A stretch of DNA of 29,231 nucleotides. Origin: Verrucomicrobiota bacterium. GTDB lineage: Bacteria; Verrucomicrobiota; Verrucomicrobiia; Chthoniobacterales; UBA10450. Shown here one piece after another: positions 1 through 10,995 of the stretch. The translations under genes were made by a program, and so were the position numbers. How positions within the stretch are numbered: the first letter of the stretch is position 1; the number at the start of each line of letters is the position of its first letter. The notes under the pieces are model-generated. The model was given only the letters and a program-made list of their open reading frames with translations. It was not told where the DNA came from and did no database searches. Where the stretch lies: the NCBI GenBank assembly GCA_003219925.1, contig QHQU01000018.1, forward strand, positions 1-29,231, read 5' to 3'.

Positions 1-56
1 AGCGACGCTTCGATGCGTTTATCTGCCGGAATTTCAACTCCAAGTAGTCGTGGCAT
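1..56 (-). CDS. rpsM: 30S ribosomal protein S13, 5' end only (runs off the window)
   Basis: Manual translation from ATG at 56: MPRLLGVEIPADKRIEASL, a typical S13 N-terminus; directly follows rpmJ. Confidence 0.93.
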   Translation of the reverse strand, partial: MPRLLGVEIPADKRIEAS

Positions 57-83
57 GTTCTCTAGATTGTTAAATTCATTTTT

Positions 84-148
84 TCTATCGCTTCAACTCT
101 TTATCGCTTCATCGTTGAAGCGTTGAAGAGATGAAGCGTTAAAGCGGC
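84..148. repeat. Octamer-periodic inverted array (ATCGCTTC/AACTCTTT units facing AAGCGTTG/AAGAGATG units)
   Basis: 8-nt periodicity is visible. 118-148 matches 9707-9737 at 29/31 nt. Confidence 0.75.
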
Positions 149-262
149 TCATCCCTGCCGTTGCTTATGGCGTGGATTCTTGCAGATGACGCGCACGACG
201 TTCTTGCGCTTCACAATCTTGCAAGATTCACAAAGTCTTTTTACTGATGGCCGTACTTTCAT
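149..262 (-). CDS. rpmJ: 50S ribosomal protein L36, zinc-binding (C+) form
   Basis: Manual translation (too short for the ORF track): [37 protein letters not shown], with CxxC...C...H. Confidence 0.97.
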   Translation of the reverse strand: MKVRPSVKRLCESCKIVKRKNVVRVICKNPRHKQRQG

Positions 263-303
263 GTTTTTCCACGAGACGAAAACCGCGAGACGTGTCCGCG
301 GCT

Positions 304-522
304 TTACTTCTGGCGATATGTAATTCGCCCCTTCGACAAATCGTAGGGCGAAATCTCTAGCACAACTTTGTCTCCTGGCAAGATGCGAATGAAGTGCAGG
401 CGCATTTTTCCCGAAATATGAGCCAGGACAAGGTGGCCGTTAGGCAATTGCACCCGAAACATCGTGTTCGGCAGGAGCTCGACCACCTTGCCTTCTACTT
501 CAATTGCGTCTTTCCGCGCCAT
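304..522 (-). CDS. infA: Translation initiation factor IF-1
   Basis: [26 protein letters not shown]...HISGKMR...RILPGDKV...[11 protein letters not shown]. Confidence 0.98.
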   Translation of the reverse strand: MARKDAIEVEGKVVELLPNTMFRVQLPNGHLVLAHISGKMRLHFIRILPGDKVVLEISPYDLSKGRITYRQK

Positions 523-1271
523 GTCAGAATTTCCGGCTCCTCATTTGTAATTAAGACCGTGTGCTCAAAATGGGCCGATGGCATTCCATCGGCGGTGCAG
601 GCTGTCCAGCCGTCATCGAGTAATCTGACGGCGCCGGTTCCTAAATTAATCATCGGCTCAATGGCCAGTGTCATCCCGGCCTTGAGCCGTGGCCCGCTTC
701 CACGCTTTCCATAATTTGGAATCTGCGGTTCTTCGTGAAGTTTTCGTCCCACTCCATGCCCGACAAATTCGCGCACCACATTGAGCTGGTTGCGCGTCGC
801 CTCCTCCTCAATCTCCGCGCTTATGTCGCCCAGCCTTCTACCCTGATGAGCCATTCCAATGGCGCGTTCCAGCGCCCGCTCCGTCACCCGCAGCAAACGT
901 TCGGTGCGCTCGTCAATGATGCCGACCGGCACCGTTGTCGCGGTATCGCCGATCCAGCCCTCGCGGATGACTCCGATATCGAGTTTCACGATATCGCCAT
1001 ATTGAATTCGCCGCTGACTGGCAATTCCATGAATGACTTCGTCGTTTAACGAAATACAGATGTTTCCCGGATAAACGCGATGACCGATTCGATATCCGAG
1101 AAAGGCGCTTTTCACTCCCGCTTCCTGCATCATCTCGGCGGCTGCTTCGTCTACTTCTTTCGTCGTGATTCCTGGCCGAATGATTGCGACCACGCGATCG
1201 AGGATGTCGCTGGCGACACGGCAAGCTAGCCGCATCTTTTCTGCCTCTTTCGGGTTCTTGATCGGAATCAT
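495..1271 (-). CDS. map: Methionine aminopeptidase type I
   Basis: Motifs [31 protein letters not shown] and HFEHTV; canonical position after adk; 3' end overlaps the infA start by 28 nt. Confidence 0.97.
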   Translation of the reverse strand: MIPIKNPKEAEKMRLACRVASDILDRVVAIIRPGITTKEVDEAAAEMMQEAGVKSAFLGYRIGHRVYPGNICISLNDEVIHGIASQRRIQYGDIVKLDIGVIREGWIGDTATTVPVGIIDERTERLLRVTERALERAIGMAHQGRRLGDISAEIEEEATRNQLNVVREFVGHGVGRKLHEEPQIPNYGKRGSGPRLKAGMTLAIEPMINLGTGAVRLLDDGWTACTADGMPSAHFEHTVLITNEEPEILTWRGKTQLK

Positions 1272-1918
1272 TTCGATTCAATCAAACGCGAAATGTCGCC
1301 AAAAACCATTTCGCGGTCGCGATTGCCATCGATTCGATGCAATAGGCCGGTGTCCTGGTAGAACGCCGCCAGCGGTTCTGTTTTCGCGTGGTATTCCCTC
1401 AATCGATTTTGCAGAACCTCTAAGTCGTCGTCATTACGACGGACCAACGGTCCTTCACAATAAGGACAAACCGCGCGCTCGGAGAAATTCCCTGCCGCCA
1501 CACTGGTGACAAAACCGCAACTGCGACATTGCAATCGCCCGGAGATCCGATCGCGTACGGTTTCTTCGGAAACTTCGAGCCAGATTGCGAGATCGAGCGG
1601 GGTATGATGTCGGTTGAGAATCGCCGCCAGGCTTTCGGCTTGTGGCACGGTGCGCGGAAACCCATCGAAAACAAAACCGTGCGCGCCGTGCAACCGGAGC
1701 CAGTCTTCAATCAGTTTCACGATCGTTGCATCCGGGACCAATCCGCCTTGTTGAATTATCTCGGACGTCTCCGTCCCCAACGGTGTCCCGAGATCTTTCT
1801 CTCGTCGCAAAATTGCGCCCGGCGAAGTGACTGGAATTCCAAACTGGCGCGTAATCAGTTCAGCCTGGGTACCTTTCCCAGAACCGGGTGCGCCGAGCAG
1901 AACAAGCCGTTTCTTCAC
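1268..1918 (-). CDS. adk: Adenylate kinase with four-Cys (zinc) LID
   Basis: P-loop GAPGSGKGTQA, FDGFPRT, LID CRSC...CPYC, RRNDD. Confidence 0.97.
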   Translation of the reverse strand: MKKRLVLLGAPGSGKGTQAELITRQFGIPVTSPGAILRREKDLGTPLGTETSEIIQQGGLVPDATIVKLIEDWLRLHGAHGFVFDGFPRTVPQAESLAAILNRHHTPLDLAIWLEVSEETVRDRISGRLQCRSCGFVTSVAAGNFSERAVCPYCEGPLVRRNDDDLEVLQNRLREYHAKTEPLAAFYQDTGLLHRIDGNRDREMVFGDISRLIESK

Positions 1919-3421
<1,503 letters not shown>

Positions 3422-3437
3422 TTCCTAAACGCTCCGG

Positions 3438-4034
3438 CTACTTCTTGCCGACCTTTGTTTTCTTCGGCTTCACCTTCCGTGAAGCAGGAGATCTTGCCGC
3501 GCGTTTCGGCTTCTCCGCTGACGCCTCAGTTGCACCGTTGCGCGGTGCTTTCGCTTCCGGCGCCGCGATGGTCCCACCGGCTTTCTCGATTTTTTCACGC
3601 GCTGCCGTGCTCACTTTTTCCGCTTGAATCGTCAGCCCGTGCTTTAGTTCGCCGTCGCCGAGGATCTTAATCCCATAAAAATTTCCGCGGACCAGATTTG
3701 CCGCGCGCAACGATTCTTCATTCACGATCGACCCGCTTTTGAAGTCGGCCAGCTCGGACAGATTCACGATGGCGTAGCGTTTGTGAAAAGCTGCGTTGTT
3801 GAAGCCGCGCTTGGGCAATCGTCGGATCAGCGGCATCTGCCCGCCTTCAAATCCGAGACGGAGGCTTCCGCCCGATCGCGCCTTTTGCCCCTTGTGGCCC
3901 TTGCCGCTGGTTTTGCCGTGCCCGGAACTTTCGCCACAGCCGAGGCGCTTCACTCGATGCCGTGCTCCCGGACGCAGCCGCAGATTATGCAGACGCAACC
4001 CAGCCGCCTTTTCTTTTTTGGCCTCGGATTTCAC
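3438..4034 (-). CDS. rplO: 50S ribosomal protein L15 (alternative TTG start at 3998) with Lys/Ala-rich tail
   Basis: [36 protein letters not shown]. Confidence 0.97.
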   Translation of the reverse strand: MKSEAKKEKAAGLRLHNLRLRPGARHRVKRLGCGESSGHGKTSGKGHKGQKARSGGSLRLGFEGGQMPLIRRLPKRGFNNAAFHKRYAIVNLSELADFKSGSIVNEESLRAANLVRGNFYGIKILGDGELKHGLTIQAEKVSTAAREKIEKAGGTIAAPEAKAPRNGATEASAEKPKRAARSPASRKVKPKKTKVGKK

Positions 4035-4591
4035 GACGGCTGCCCTCCATCGCCTGGTATATTCGTGCGCGGGCGAATTCCACGCACTTTCAAAATTTCA
4101 TCGCGCCGCCGCAAATTTCGCAACGCTTCGATGGTGGCTTTGACCACGTTGGCGTGATTACTTGAGCCAAGCGATTTCGCCAGGACATCGCGGATCCCCG
4201 CCGCCTCAACCACGGCGCGCACACCGCCTCCGGCGATCACGCCCGTTCCCGGCGACGCCGGCCGCAACAACACCCGGCCACCGCCAAATTCACCGATCGT
4301 CTCGTGGGGAATGGTATTCTCGTGAAGCGAAACCTTTTCCATCGATTTCCGGGCCGCCTCCGAAGCCTTGCGGATCGCTTCCGCCACTTCGTTGGCCTTG
4401 CCAAAACCGACACCCACTTTTCCGTCGTGATCACCTGCCACGATGAGCGCACTGAAGCTGAAACGACGTCCACCTTTCACCACCTTCGCGCACCGATTGA
4501 TAAAAACGACTTTCTCAGTCGTATCACCTCGCGCCGGCGGGGTTTTGTCGGGACTGCGATCCTGTCGTCTGCCTGGGTTGGGTGATGCCAT
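4031..4591 (-). CDS. rpsE: 30S ribosomal protein S5
   Basis: [31 protein letters not shown]. Confidence 0.98.
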   Translation of the reverse strand: MASPNPGRRQDRSPDKTPPARGDTTEKVVFINRCAKVVKGGRRFSFSALIVAGDHDGKVGVGFGKANEVAEAIRKASEAARKSMEKVSLHENTIPHETIGEFGGGRVLLRPASPGTGVIAGGGVRAVVEAAGIRDVLAKSLGSSNHANVVKATIEALRNLRRRDEILKVRGIRPRTNIPGDGGQPS

Positions 4592-4592
4592 C

Positions 4593-4952
4593 TTAAAATT
4601 TTAATCCGCCTTCACGCGCGGCATCGGCCAGCGCTTTCACTTTGCCATGGAAAATGTAGCCGCCGCGATCGAAGACCACGTTTTCTACCTTTTTTGCCAG
4701 CAACTTCTCTGCGATCGCCTTGCCGACACGTTCCGCCGACTCGCGATTCGCCGCCGCTTTTTTCCCCGCCAAATCTTTCTGTAAAGTTGAGACCGCGGCC
4801 AGCGTCTTGCCGGCATGGTCATCAATCACCTGCGCGTAAACATGATGCGCGGAAAAATGGACGGCGAGGCGTGGCCTTTCGGCTGTTCCACTCACTTTTT
4901 TCCGGATGCGCTGGTGAATACGCTGACGCGTTGCTTTTCGATTCGTCGCCAT
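4593..4952 (-). CDS. rplR: 50S ribosomal protein L18
   Basis: RPRLAV...[37 protein letters not shown]. Start moved to the ATG at 4952, just past the rplF stop. Confidence 0.96.
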   Translation of the reverse strand: MATNRKATRQRIHQRIRKKVSGTAERPRLAVHFSAHHVYAQVIDDHAGKTLAAVSTLQKDLAGKKAAANRESAERVGKAIAEKLLAKKVENVVFDRGGYIFHGKVKALADAAREGGLKF

Positions 4953-4953
4953 C

Positions 4954-5493
4954 TTACTGCACCGTCTTGCCTTCCTTGCGCCGAATCTGTTCGCCCGCAT
5001 AGCGCACTCCTTTTCCCTTGTAAGGCTCGGGCGGATAATATCTGCGAATATCAGCGGCTACCTGACCAACCAGTTTCTTATCGATCCCACTAATCGTTAG
5101 CTTGGTGTTCTCGGTCACCACGATTTTAATGTCTTTTGGGATCGGAAACAAAATTGGGTGCGAAAATCCGAGTGAAAGATTCAGCTTCTGGCCTTGCACC
5201 ACCGCTTTGAATCCGACGCCTTCGATTTCCAGATCCTTGCTAAATCCTTCGCTTACCCCCCGCACCATGTTGTTGAGGAGAGCGCGCGAAAGCCCGTGCA
5301 ACGCTTTCACGCTCCGCGTATCCGCCGCTCGCGCCAGTGAGACATGGTTGTTCTCCACCTTGGCCGAAATATCGCGCGGCAATTTCCAATTTAATTTGCC
5401 TTTGGGGCCTTCCACCGCCACCGCCCCGTCGTTGCCCACGTTCACTTTCACTTTGTCCGGCAGTGCGATTGCTTTGTTTCCGATTCGCGACAT
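4954..5493 (-). CDS. rplF: 50S ribosomal protein L6
   Basis: [23 protein letters not shown]. Confidence 0.98.
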   Translation of the reverse strand: MSRIGNKAIALPDKVKVNVGNDGAVAVEGPKGKLNWKLPRDISAKVENNHVSLARAADTRSVKALHGLSRALLNNMVRGVSEGFSKDLEIEGVGFKAVVQGQKLNLSLGFSHPILFPIPKDIKIVVTENTKLTISGIDKKLVGQVAADIRRYYPPEPYKGKGVRYAGEQIRRKEGKTVQ

Positions 5494-5498
5494 AAAAT

Positions 5499-5897
5499 TT
5501 ACCAGACGTAGGCCAGCAATTCCCCGCCGACGTTTTGTTTTTTCGCTTCCCGCCCGGACAAGACGCCACGCGGGGTCGAGAGGATCGAGATCCCCATTCC
5601 GCCGAGGACGCGCGGCACTTCCTGCGCGCCGACATAACGTCGCAGACCGGGCCGGCTAACGCGTTTCAATCCCGTGATCGCGCACGATCTGTTGACCAGT
5701 TTGTTGGTAATCTTGATCCGCGGATGCGCCGCCGTTCGATCCAGTTCGTAATCTGTGATGTAGCCTTCCTCTTTCAAAATTCGCACGACGTCCGCCTTGA
5801 TTTTCGAGTACGGCACAAATAATTCCGGCTTCTGCGCCTGCGCTCCATTGCGCACGCGCGCCAGCAAATCTGCAATCGGATCGGTTACGGTACTCAT
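5499..5897 (-). CDS. rpsH: 30S ribosomal protein S8
   Basis: DPIADLLARVRN, VSRPGLRRY, ILSTPRGVL, VGGELLAYVW. Confidence 0.98.
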   Translation of the reverse strand: MSTVTDPIADLLARVRNGAQAQKPELFVPYSKIKADVVRILKEEGYITDYELDRTAAHPRIKITNKLVNRSCAITGLKRVSRPGLRRYVGAQEVPRVLGGMGISILSTPRGVLSGREAKKQNVGGELLAYVW

Positions 5898-5904
5898 TTA
5901 ATTA

Positions 5905-6513
5905 TTACGTTGCTTGAGCTTGCCCAGCCGGTCCGCCTTCGGACGGACTCGCCGTGGCGAGCTTTTTCGCGCGGTCGCTGAACGGCATCCCCATTTCGCT
6001 GATCAGCGATTTGGCTTCCGCGTTCGTGCGAGCGGTGGTCACGATAGTAACATCAAATCCGATATTGCGCTTGATTTTATCGAGCTCGACCTCGGGAAAA
6101 ATCGACTGGTCGGAAACGCCCAGGGTGTAGTTGCCGTGACCATCAAATCCACGCGGCGGCACCCCGCGAAAATCACGAATCCGCGGCAGTGCCGCTTTAA
6201 TCAGGCGTTCGAGAAATTCGTACATCCGCTCACCACGCAATGTCACCTTGGCGCCGATGGCCTGGTCTTTACGCAACTTGAAATTTGAAATGCTTTTCTT
6301 GGCCCGAGTTTCGGCGGCACGCTGGCCGCTGATCAACGCCAGCTCGGTCTTGGCATCGTCCAGCGCCTGTTTCACATCGGCTTGTGACCCCACCGAGGTG
6401 TTGATCACCACCTTTTCCACTTTCGGGACCTGATGCACGTTTTTGTATCCGTGCTGCTGTTGCAAAGCCGGCATCACTCGTTCCTTGTAGTATTTGTAAA
6501 ATTCGTTTTCCAT
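5905..6513 (-). CDS. rplE: 50S ribosomal protein L5
   Basis: SISNFKLRK, ALPRIRDFRG, FDGHGNYTLG, IFPEV; about 20 aa C-terminal extension. Confidence 0.98.
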   Translation of the reverse strand: MENEFYKYYKERVMPALQQQHGYKNVHQVPKVEKVVINTSVGSQADVKQALDDAKTELALISGQRAAETRAKKSISNFKLRKDQAIGAKVTLRGERMYEFLERLIKAALPRIRDFRGVPPRGFDGHGNYTLGVSDQSIFPEVELDKIKRNIGFDVTIVTTARTNAEAKSLISEMGMPFSDRAKKLATASPSEGGPAGQAQAT

Positions 6514-6523
6514 CTACATCTCC

Positions 6524-6594
6524 GTCATTCCCAGCAAAGTGCGTAACCTTTAAGATAACTTCTGCGGGATTTCTCGACCGCCGCCCTTGATGAC
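6524..6594. repeat. Degenerate copy of palindromic element family A (GTCAT...ATGAC)
   Basis: GTCATTCCCAGCAAAGT...GCGTAACCTTTAAGATAAC..GCGGGATTTCTCGAC...GATGAC aligns by eye with 13419-13514 and 20623-20704. Confidence 0.7.
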
Positions 6595-6887
6595 TAACTC
6601 TTTGCCTTTTCTTTCTTGGTCTTCGCTTCCTTCTTTTTGTCTTTTTTCTCCTCTTTTTCGATCAAGCGCACATTGGAAATGTGGATCGGCCCTTCGCGTT
6701 CCGCGATTTTGCCGGTCGGGTTATCCTGCGACTTCCGCAGATGCTTCTTAATAATACGCACCCCTTCGATCAACACCCGCTGCTTCTTTGGCAACACTTG
6801 CAGAATCTTCCCGCTCGAACCCCGGAAGTTCCCAGAGACCACTTCGACGTTGTCGCCTTTTTTAACATGAAATTTGATCCGGTTCAT
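6594..6887 (-). CDS. rplX: 50S ribosomal protein L24
   Basis: HVKKGDNVEVVSG (KOW), VLIEGV, EGPIHISNV. The first 30 aa of the track ORF are repeat-derived, so the start is set at ATG 6887. Confidence 0.96.
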   Translation of the reverse strand: MNRIKFHVKKGDNVEVVSGNFRGSSGKILQVLPKKQRVLIEGVRIIKKHLRKSQDNPTGKIAEREGPIHISNVRLIEKEEKKDKKKEAKTKKEKAKS

Positions 6888-6896
6888 AACGTGAAA

Positions 6897-6997
6897 GTGG
6901 CGCAGGTTTCCAGCCTGTGGGTCCAGCAAGCGTCTCGCCTGCGCGATTTCGACAGGCAAGATGCCTGTCGTCCCCACAGCCAGGATGGCTGCGCCAC
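6897..6997. repeat. REPIN-like element (family B) between rplN and rplX
   Basis: Terminal inverted repeats GTGGCGCAG/CTGCGCCAC; internal hairpins GACAGGCA-AGA-TGCCTGTC (6951-6969) and CAGCCA-GGA-TGGCTG (6977-6991). Confidence 0.85.
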
Positions 6998-7014
6998 GAA
7001 AAATTCGCCATTCC

Positions 7015-7380
7015 TCATAACACCTCCGGCGCCAGCGAGACGATCTTCATAAAATTCTTCTCTCTTAATTCACGCGCCACCGGCCCGAAAATACGAGTTC
7101 CGCGCGGATTCAAATCCTTGTCGATGATCACAATTGCATTGTTATCGAAGCGCAGGAGCGAACCGTCATCGCGTTTCACCGGCTGTTTCGTGCGCACAAT
7201 GACGGCTCGCACGACCTCGCCCTTTTTCACCGTGCCGGTCGCGCTTGCTTCTTTTACGTTCGCAGTAATCACGTCCCCGATTCGCGCGTAAAGCGTGGCT
7301 TTTCCGATCACGCCGATCATCGTCGCCATGCGGGCGCCGGTGTTGTCAGCCACGTCGAGTCTGGAACGAATCTGCACCAT
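7015..7380 (-). CDS. rplN: 50S ribosomal protein L14
   Basis: [41 protein letters not shown]. Confidence 0.98.
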   Translation of the reverse strand: MVQIRSRLDVADNTGARMATMIGVIGKATLYARIGDVITANVKEASATGTVKKGEVVRAVIVRTKQPVKRDDGSLLRFDNNAIVIIDKDLNPRGTRIFGPVARELREKNFMKIVSLAPEVL

Positions 7381-7383
7381 AAT

Positions 7384-7710
7384 TTATTTCCCGACGATTT
7401 CGACCAAACGCCACCGTTTCAATTTGCTCAGGGGCCGCGTTTCCATGATGCGAACGGTCTCGCCGTTCTTCGCTTTGTTCTCTTCGTCGTGAGCGTAAAA
7501 TTTCTTTTGTTGCTTCACAATCTTGCCGAATTTCGGGTGCGGCACGCGGGTGACTGTGCGGACAACGATTGTCTTGTTCATTCCACTCGAAATCACTTCG
7601 CCTACCCGCGTCTTACGCGAACCGCGCTGAGATTGTGGCGCGGTGGCAGCAGATGACGGGGCGCTTGTCGGCAGCGGCGGTGGCACCGAGGTTGATGGTT
7701 CTTCTGCCAT
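7384..7710 (-). CDS. rpsQ: 30S ribosomal protein S17 with Pro/Ser/Ala-rich N-terminal extension
   Basis: GEVISSGMNKTIVV, HPKFGK, AHDEEN, ETRPLSKLKRWRLV. Confidence 0.97.
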   Translation of the reverse strand: MAEEPSTSVPPPLPTSAPSSAATAPQSQRGSRKTRVGEVISSGMNKTIVVRTVTRVPHPKFGKIVKQQKKFYAHDEENKAKNGETVRIMETRPLSKLKRWRLVEIVGK

Positions 7711-7715
7711 AAAAA

Positions 7716-7913
7716 TTATTTCGTCTCCTTTGTCCGTTTGGAAAGCACCGTCTCGATCCGGGCCACCTCGCGTCGGAGCAAACGCAGCCGGCTGGGTTGC
7801 TCCAGCTGTCCACTCTGTTGCTGCAATCGCAGGTGCAAACTCTCCTGCCGCAGATCGCGCTTCTTCGTCAGAAGCTCGTCCGTACTCATCTCGATAATTT
7901 CTTTGATTTTCAT
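7716..7913 (-). CDS. rpmC: 50S ribosomal protein L29
   Basis: LRLQQQSGQLEQPSRLRLLRREVARIETVL; canonical position between rplP and rpsQ. Confidence 0.96.
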   Translation of the reverse strand: MKIKEIIEMSTDELLTKKRDLRQESLHLRLQQQSGQLEQPSRLRLLRREVARIETVLSKRTKETK

Positions 7914-7936
7914 ACTTCGTTAGGCCACACCCGCGC

Positions 7937-8043
7937 GGAACACAGACTCGCAGTCTGTGCGCCCGGCGGAGTTATACTCTGCTGAACGGGAACACCTGCT
8001 GACAGGACATTCGCGGGGCACACAGGCAGGCTGCCTGTGTTCC
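7937..8043. repeat. REPIN-like element (family B) between rplP and rpmC
   Basis: Terminal inverted repeats GGAACACAG/CTGTGTTCC; perfect hairpins CACAGACT-CGC-AGTCTGTG (7941-7959) and CACAGGCA-GGC-TGCCTGTG (8021-8039); homologous to 28244-28355. Confidence 0.85.
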
Positions 8044-8047
8044 GTCC

Positions 8048-8062
8048 CTCGCTCAGAATGAC
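8048..8062. repeat. Isolated right arm of family A element
   Basis: CTCGCTCAGAATGAC; the last 14 nt are identical to the end of 13419-13514. Lies a few nt after the family B element. Confidence 0.65.
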
Positions 8063-8086
8063 CGGAATCGTTCATCAATTTCATAA

Positions 8087-8509
8087 TCAGGCAGCCACAT
8101 GGTGGCGACTTAAAAACTTGGTCCGCACCGGCAACTTATCAGCTGCTAATCGCAATGATTCGCGCGCAACCGACTCCGGCACGCCATCTAGCTCAAACAA
8201 AATGTTGCCTGGCCGCACCGTTGCCACCCAAAACTCCGGCTGACCTTTGCCTTTGCCCATTCGCGTTTCCGGCGGACGCGCCGTGACCGATTTGTCGGGA
8301 AAAATCCGAATCCACAGCTTGCCTTTGCGCTTCATGTTGCGGGTAAGCGCTACACGCGCGGCCTCGATCTGGGTGTTGGTGATCCAGGCGCGCTCCAGGG
8401 TTTGCAATCCGAACTCGCCGAAGTCGATTCGCAGATTGCGCGAAGCCGTTCCCTTGCGGCTGCCCCGCTGGGACTTGCGATACTTCACGCGTTTGGGCAT
8501 CAATGGCAT
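8087..8509 (-). CDS. rplP: 50S ribosomal protein L16
   Basis: [26 protein letters not shown]. Confidence 0.98.
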   Translation of the reverse strand: MPLMPKRVKYRKSQRGSRKGTASRNLRIDFGEFGLQTLERAWITNTQIEAARVALTRNMKRKGKLWIRIFPDKSVTARPPETRMGKGKGQPEFWVATVRPGNILFELDGVPESVARESLRLAADKLPVRTKFLSRHHVAA

Positions 8510-8520
8510 AACAATTCTCC

Positions 8521-9216
8521 CTAGAGTTCAGTTGCCGCGGGCGCCGCGGGCGGTGGCGGTGGAGATGCTTGCGCCGGTGTTTCGGCAGGCGCCTCCTCCT
8601 TTTTACAAATCCAACATTTTACCCCGATCTTTCCGTAAACCGTGTTGGCCTCGGCGAATCCGTAGTCGATTCCGGTGCGCAAGGTATGCAGTGGCACTTT
8701 CCCTTCGCGATACCATTCCGAACGCGAAATCTCAGCACCGTTCAATCGGCCTGAACTGCGTAAACGAATTCCAAGCGCTCCGAAATCCATCGCCACCTGC
8801 ACCGCTTTTTTCATCGCCCGCCGGTAGGCGATGCGGCGTTCGATTTGCAATGCCACATTCTCCGCGACCAACTGCGCATCCAGCTCCGGGGTTTTGATCT
8901 CCTGAATATCGATCTTGATCTGTTTCCCCTGCGCCATTTTCGAAATTTCCTCAGTCATCTTTTCGATTTCAGCGCCCTTGCGTCCGATAACAATGCCGGG
9001 CCGCGCCGTGAAAATGGTGACGCGAATTGAATTCCAAGCCCGTTCGATCACGATTTTCGAAACCGCGGCGTATTGCAGCTTCTTCTTCACGTAATCGCGA
9101 ATCTCGATATCGCTGTGCAAAAACTCCGGCATCTCCTGCGGGGATGCGTACCAGCGCGACCGCCAGTCGCGGTTGACGCCCAATCGAAATCCAATTGGAT
9201 TAACTTTTTGTCCCAT
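8521..9216 (-). CDS. rpsC: 30S ribosomal protein S3
   Basis: [44 protein letters not shown]. Confidence 0.98.
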   Translation of the reverse strand: MGQKVNPIGFRLGVNRDWRSRWYASPQEMPEFLHSDIEIRDYVKKKLQYAAVSKIVIERAWNSIRVTIFTARPGIVIGRKGAEIEKMTEEISKMAQGKQIKIDIQEIKTPELDAQLVAENVALQIERRIAYRRAMKKAVQVAMDFGALGIRLRSSGRLNGAEISRSEWYREGKVPLHTLRTGIDYGFAEANTVYGKIGVKCWICKKEEAPAETPAQASPPPPPAAPAATEL

Positions 9217-9221
9217 AAAAT

Positions 9222-9692
9222 TTATTTTTTTCCTTTCTTGGCGCGCTTCCCTGACTTCTCCGCTTTCGCCTCCGTCGCCCCGCTTCCCGCCTTCGACTCG
9301 CTCGCTTTTTTCTTCGCCGCTTTTTGAGCGGCCTTCCGTGTCTCGCGCGTTTCAATCTTAATCTCGTCCGTCAGCACAATCCGAATGTGACTGCTCCGTT
9401 TCAAAATCCGGCTGCCGCTTCCGCGGGCGCGCGCCATCATCCGCTTCATCGTCGGGCCCTCGCCCACGATCGCTTCCTTCACCACTAAACCGTCTACTTT
9501 CAAATTTGCGTTGTTCTCGGCGTTGGCTACTGCGCTCTTCAGTGTCTTGTTGATCAGCGCGGCCGCTTTTTTCGGGCTGTAGGCAACGACATCGAGCGCC
9601 GCCGAAACCGGCAGGCCCTGGATCTCACGGGTAATTTCGCGCGCCTTGAACGGCGAAATCTTCGCGTACCTATATATCGCTCTAACTTCCAT
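9222..9692 (-). CDS. rplV: 50S ribosomal protein L22 with Lys/Ala-rich tail
   Basis: [37 protein letters not shown]. Confidence 0.97.
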   Translation of the reverse strand: MEVRAIYRYAKISPFKAREITREIQGLPVSAALDVVAYSPKKAAALINKTLKSAVANAENNANLKVDGLVVKEAIVGEGPTMKRMMARARGSGSRILKRSSHIRIVLTDEIKIETRETRKAAQKAAKKKASESKAGSGATEAKAEKSGKRAKKGKK

Positions 9693-9706
9693 TTCCTATC
9701 TCAATT

Positions 9707-9783
9707 AAGCGTTGAAGAGTTGCAGCGTTAAAGCGGCACCACTCATCCGCTTCAACCCTTTAACTCTTCAACCCTTCAACCTT
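9707..9783. repeat. Octamer-periodic inverted array, second copy
   Basis: AAGCGTTG AAGAGTTG CAGCGTTA AAGCGG ... CCGCTTC AACCCTTT AACTCTTC AACCCTTC AAC; related to 84-148. Confidence 0.75.
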
Positions 9784-9789
9784 ATCTCA

Positions 9790-10635
9790 TCACCTCGAAC
9801 TCACATCCGGCCGGGTATCGACTTCGAGCCGATCCCCAACCTTAATTTTTTCCTTTCCAGATTCCTGAATGACCGCGCCGCAAATCCGTTCGCGCACATC
9901 GACCACCCGCAACTTCGCAACCACGTCATCGCCACGCTTCACTCGCAGCGGCATTCCGATTTTCACCCCCTCGCGCGCGCCGAAATTACCGACGACAAAT
10001 GACCATTCTTCCTTCACGCTGATGACGCTGCCATCGAGTAGCGAACCATTCGGCGGCTGCGCCTTGGCTGACTTATCCACCAGCGCGTTCATTGAACGCA
10101 ACTGCGTTTCTACACCCATTCGCGCCTGCGGGTCGCCACCTTCCGCGGTTTTCAAATAACGCAGCATCGTTTCCGACAACTGCATCATTTGGTCACGATA
10201 TTGGTCGCGCTCTTTTTGCGCCAGTTGCAAATCGCTTACTGCCGTGAGCAACCGTTGCTCCAACTTAGCGCGGTCCTTGCTCGCCGAAGCGAGCCCCAGT
10301 GCTTCCATTCGCAATTGCAGGTCGGCAAACTTCCGCCGAAACAACTCCGCTTCGGCATTGGATTCGGCCAAACTAGTGGTCAGCGTTTGCACGGTTTCCT
10401 GGCTCAAGGACAACTGCCGGCGCAACTCTTCCTTCTGCGCCAGCAGGGCCGCCACTGTCACTGTCCCGCTTTCATTTTTAGAATCTGACAAAGAACTATT
10501 TCCCTCTGCCGCCAGCCCTCGAGCCAGCGTTACGCAGCCTACTAAAATCAGGGCCGATTTCAGATTTAAGATTTCAGATTTGAAAACGTGACGGCTTCGC
10601 CGCGACCAATTCAATCTGCAATCTGCAATCTTCAA
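9790..10635 (-). CDS. Hypothetical exported coiled-coil protein with a C-terminal beta-rich (FlgT_C-like) domain; start uncertain (TTG)
   Basis: 281-aa ORF filling the rpsS-rplV gap. It has a hydrophobic signal-like segment ALILVGCVTLARGLAA, a long L/E/Q/R/A heptad region, and a C-terminus NFGAREGVKIGMPLRV...IKVGDRLEV. The domain name is recognised by pattern only. Confidence 0.75.
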   Translation of the reverse strand: MKIADCRLNWSRRSRHVFKSEILNLKSALILVGCVTLARGLAAEGNSSLSDSKNESGTVTVAALLAQKEELRRQLSLSQETVQTLTTSLAESNAEAELFRRKFADLQLRMEALGLASASKDRAKLEQRLLTAVSDLQLAQKERDQYRDQMMQLSETMLRYLKTAEGGDPQARMGVETQLRSMNALVDKSAKAQPPNGSLLDGSVISVKEEWSFVVGNFGAREGVKIGMPLRVKRGDDVVAKLRVVDVRERICGAVIQESGKEKIKVGDRLEVDTRPDVSSR

Positions 10636-10645
10636 TCTGCAATTC
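10556..10645. repeat. Heptamer tandem arrays in inverted orientation (CAGATTT-type vs CAATCTG x4)
   Basis: + strand: GATTTCAGATTTAAGATTTCAGATTTGAA, then CAATCTG CAATCTG CAATCTT CAATCTG CAATTC; CAGATT is the reverse complement of AATCTG. Confidence 0.8.
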
Positions 10646-10648
10646 CCA

Positions 10649-10927
10649 TTACTTCGTCACTTTCGCCGTGTGCGAACCGTGTTTCTTAAACACACGCGTC
10701 GGCGAAAATTCGCCGAGCTTGTGACCAACCATGTTTTCGGTCACAAAAACAGATTGAAAAATCTTTCCGTTGTGAACCAAAAACGTGTGGCCGACAAAAT
10801 CCGGCGTCACCATCGAACGCCGCGACCAGGTCTTAATTGGTTTCTTCGCGCCGGCGTTATTCATCTTATCGATCTTCTCCAGAAGATGCGATTCGACGAA
10901 GGGTCCTTTCTTCAATGATCTAGCCAT
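10649..10927 (-). CDS. rpsS: 30S ribosomal protein S19
   Basis: [37 protein letters not shown]. Confidence 0.98.
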   Translation of the reverse strand: MARSLKKGPFVESHLLEKIDKMNNAGAKKPIKTWSRRSMVTPDFVGHTFLVHNGKIFQSVFVTENMVGHKLGEFSPTRVFKKHGSHTAKVTK

Positions 10928-10950
10928 AAAAATCAAATTCTTTTCCGGAT

Positions 10951-10992
10951 GGAGGGACGGGCTCTGTTCCGTCCCATTACTTTGGGACGACC
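10951..10992. repeat. Truncated GGAG-type REP-like hairpin between rplB and rpsS
   Basis: GGAG followed by GGGACGG-GCTCTGTT-CCGTCCC, overlapping a second hairpin GTCCCA-TTACTT-TGGGAC. Confidence 0.55.
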
Positions 10993-10995
10993 AAA

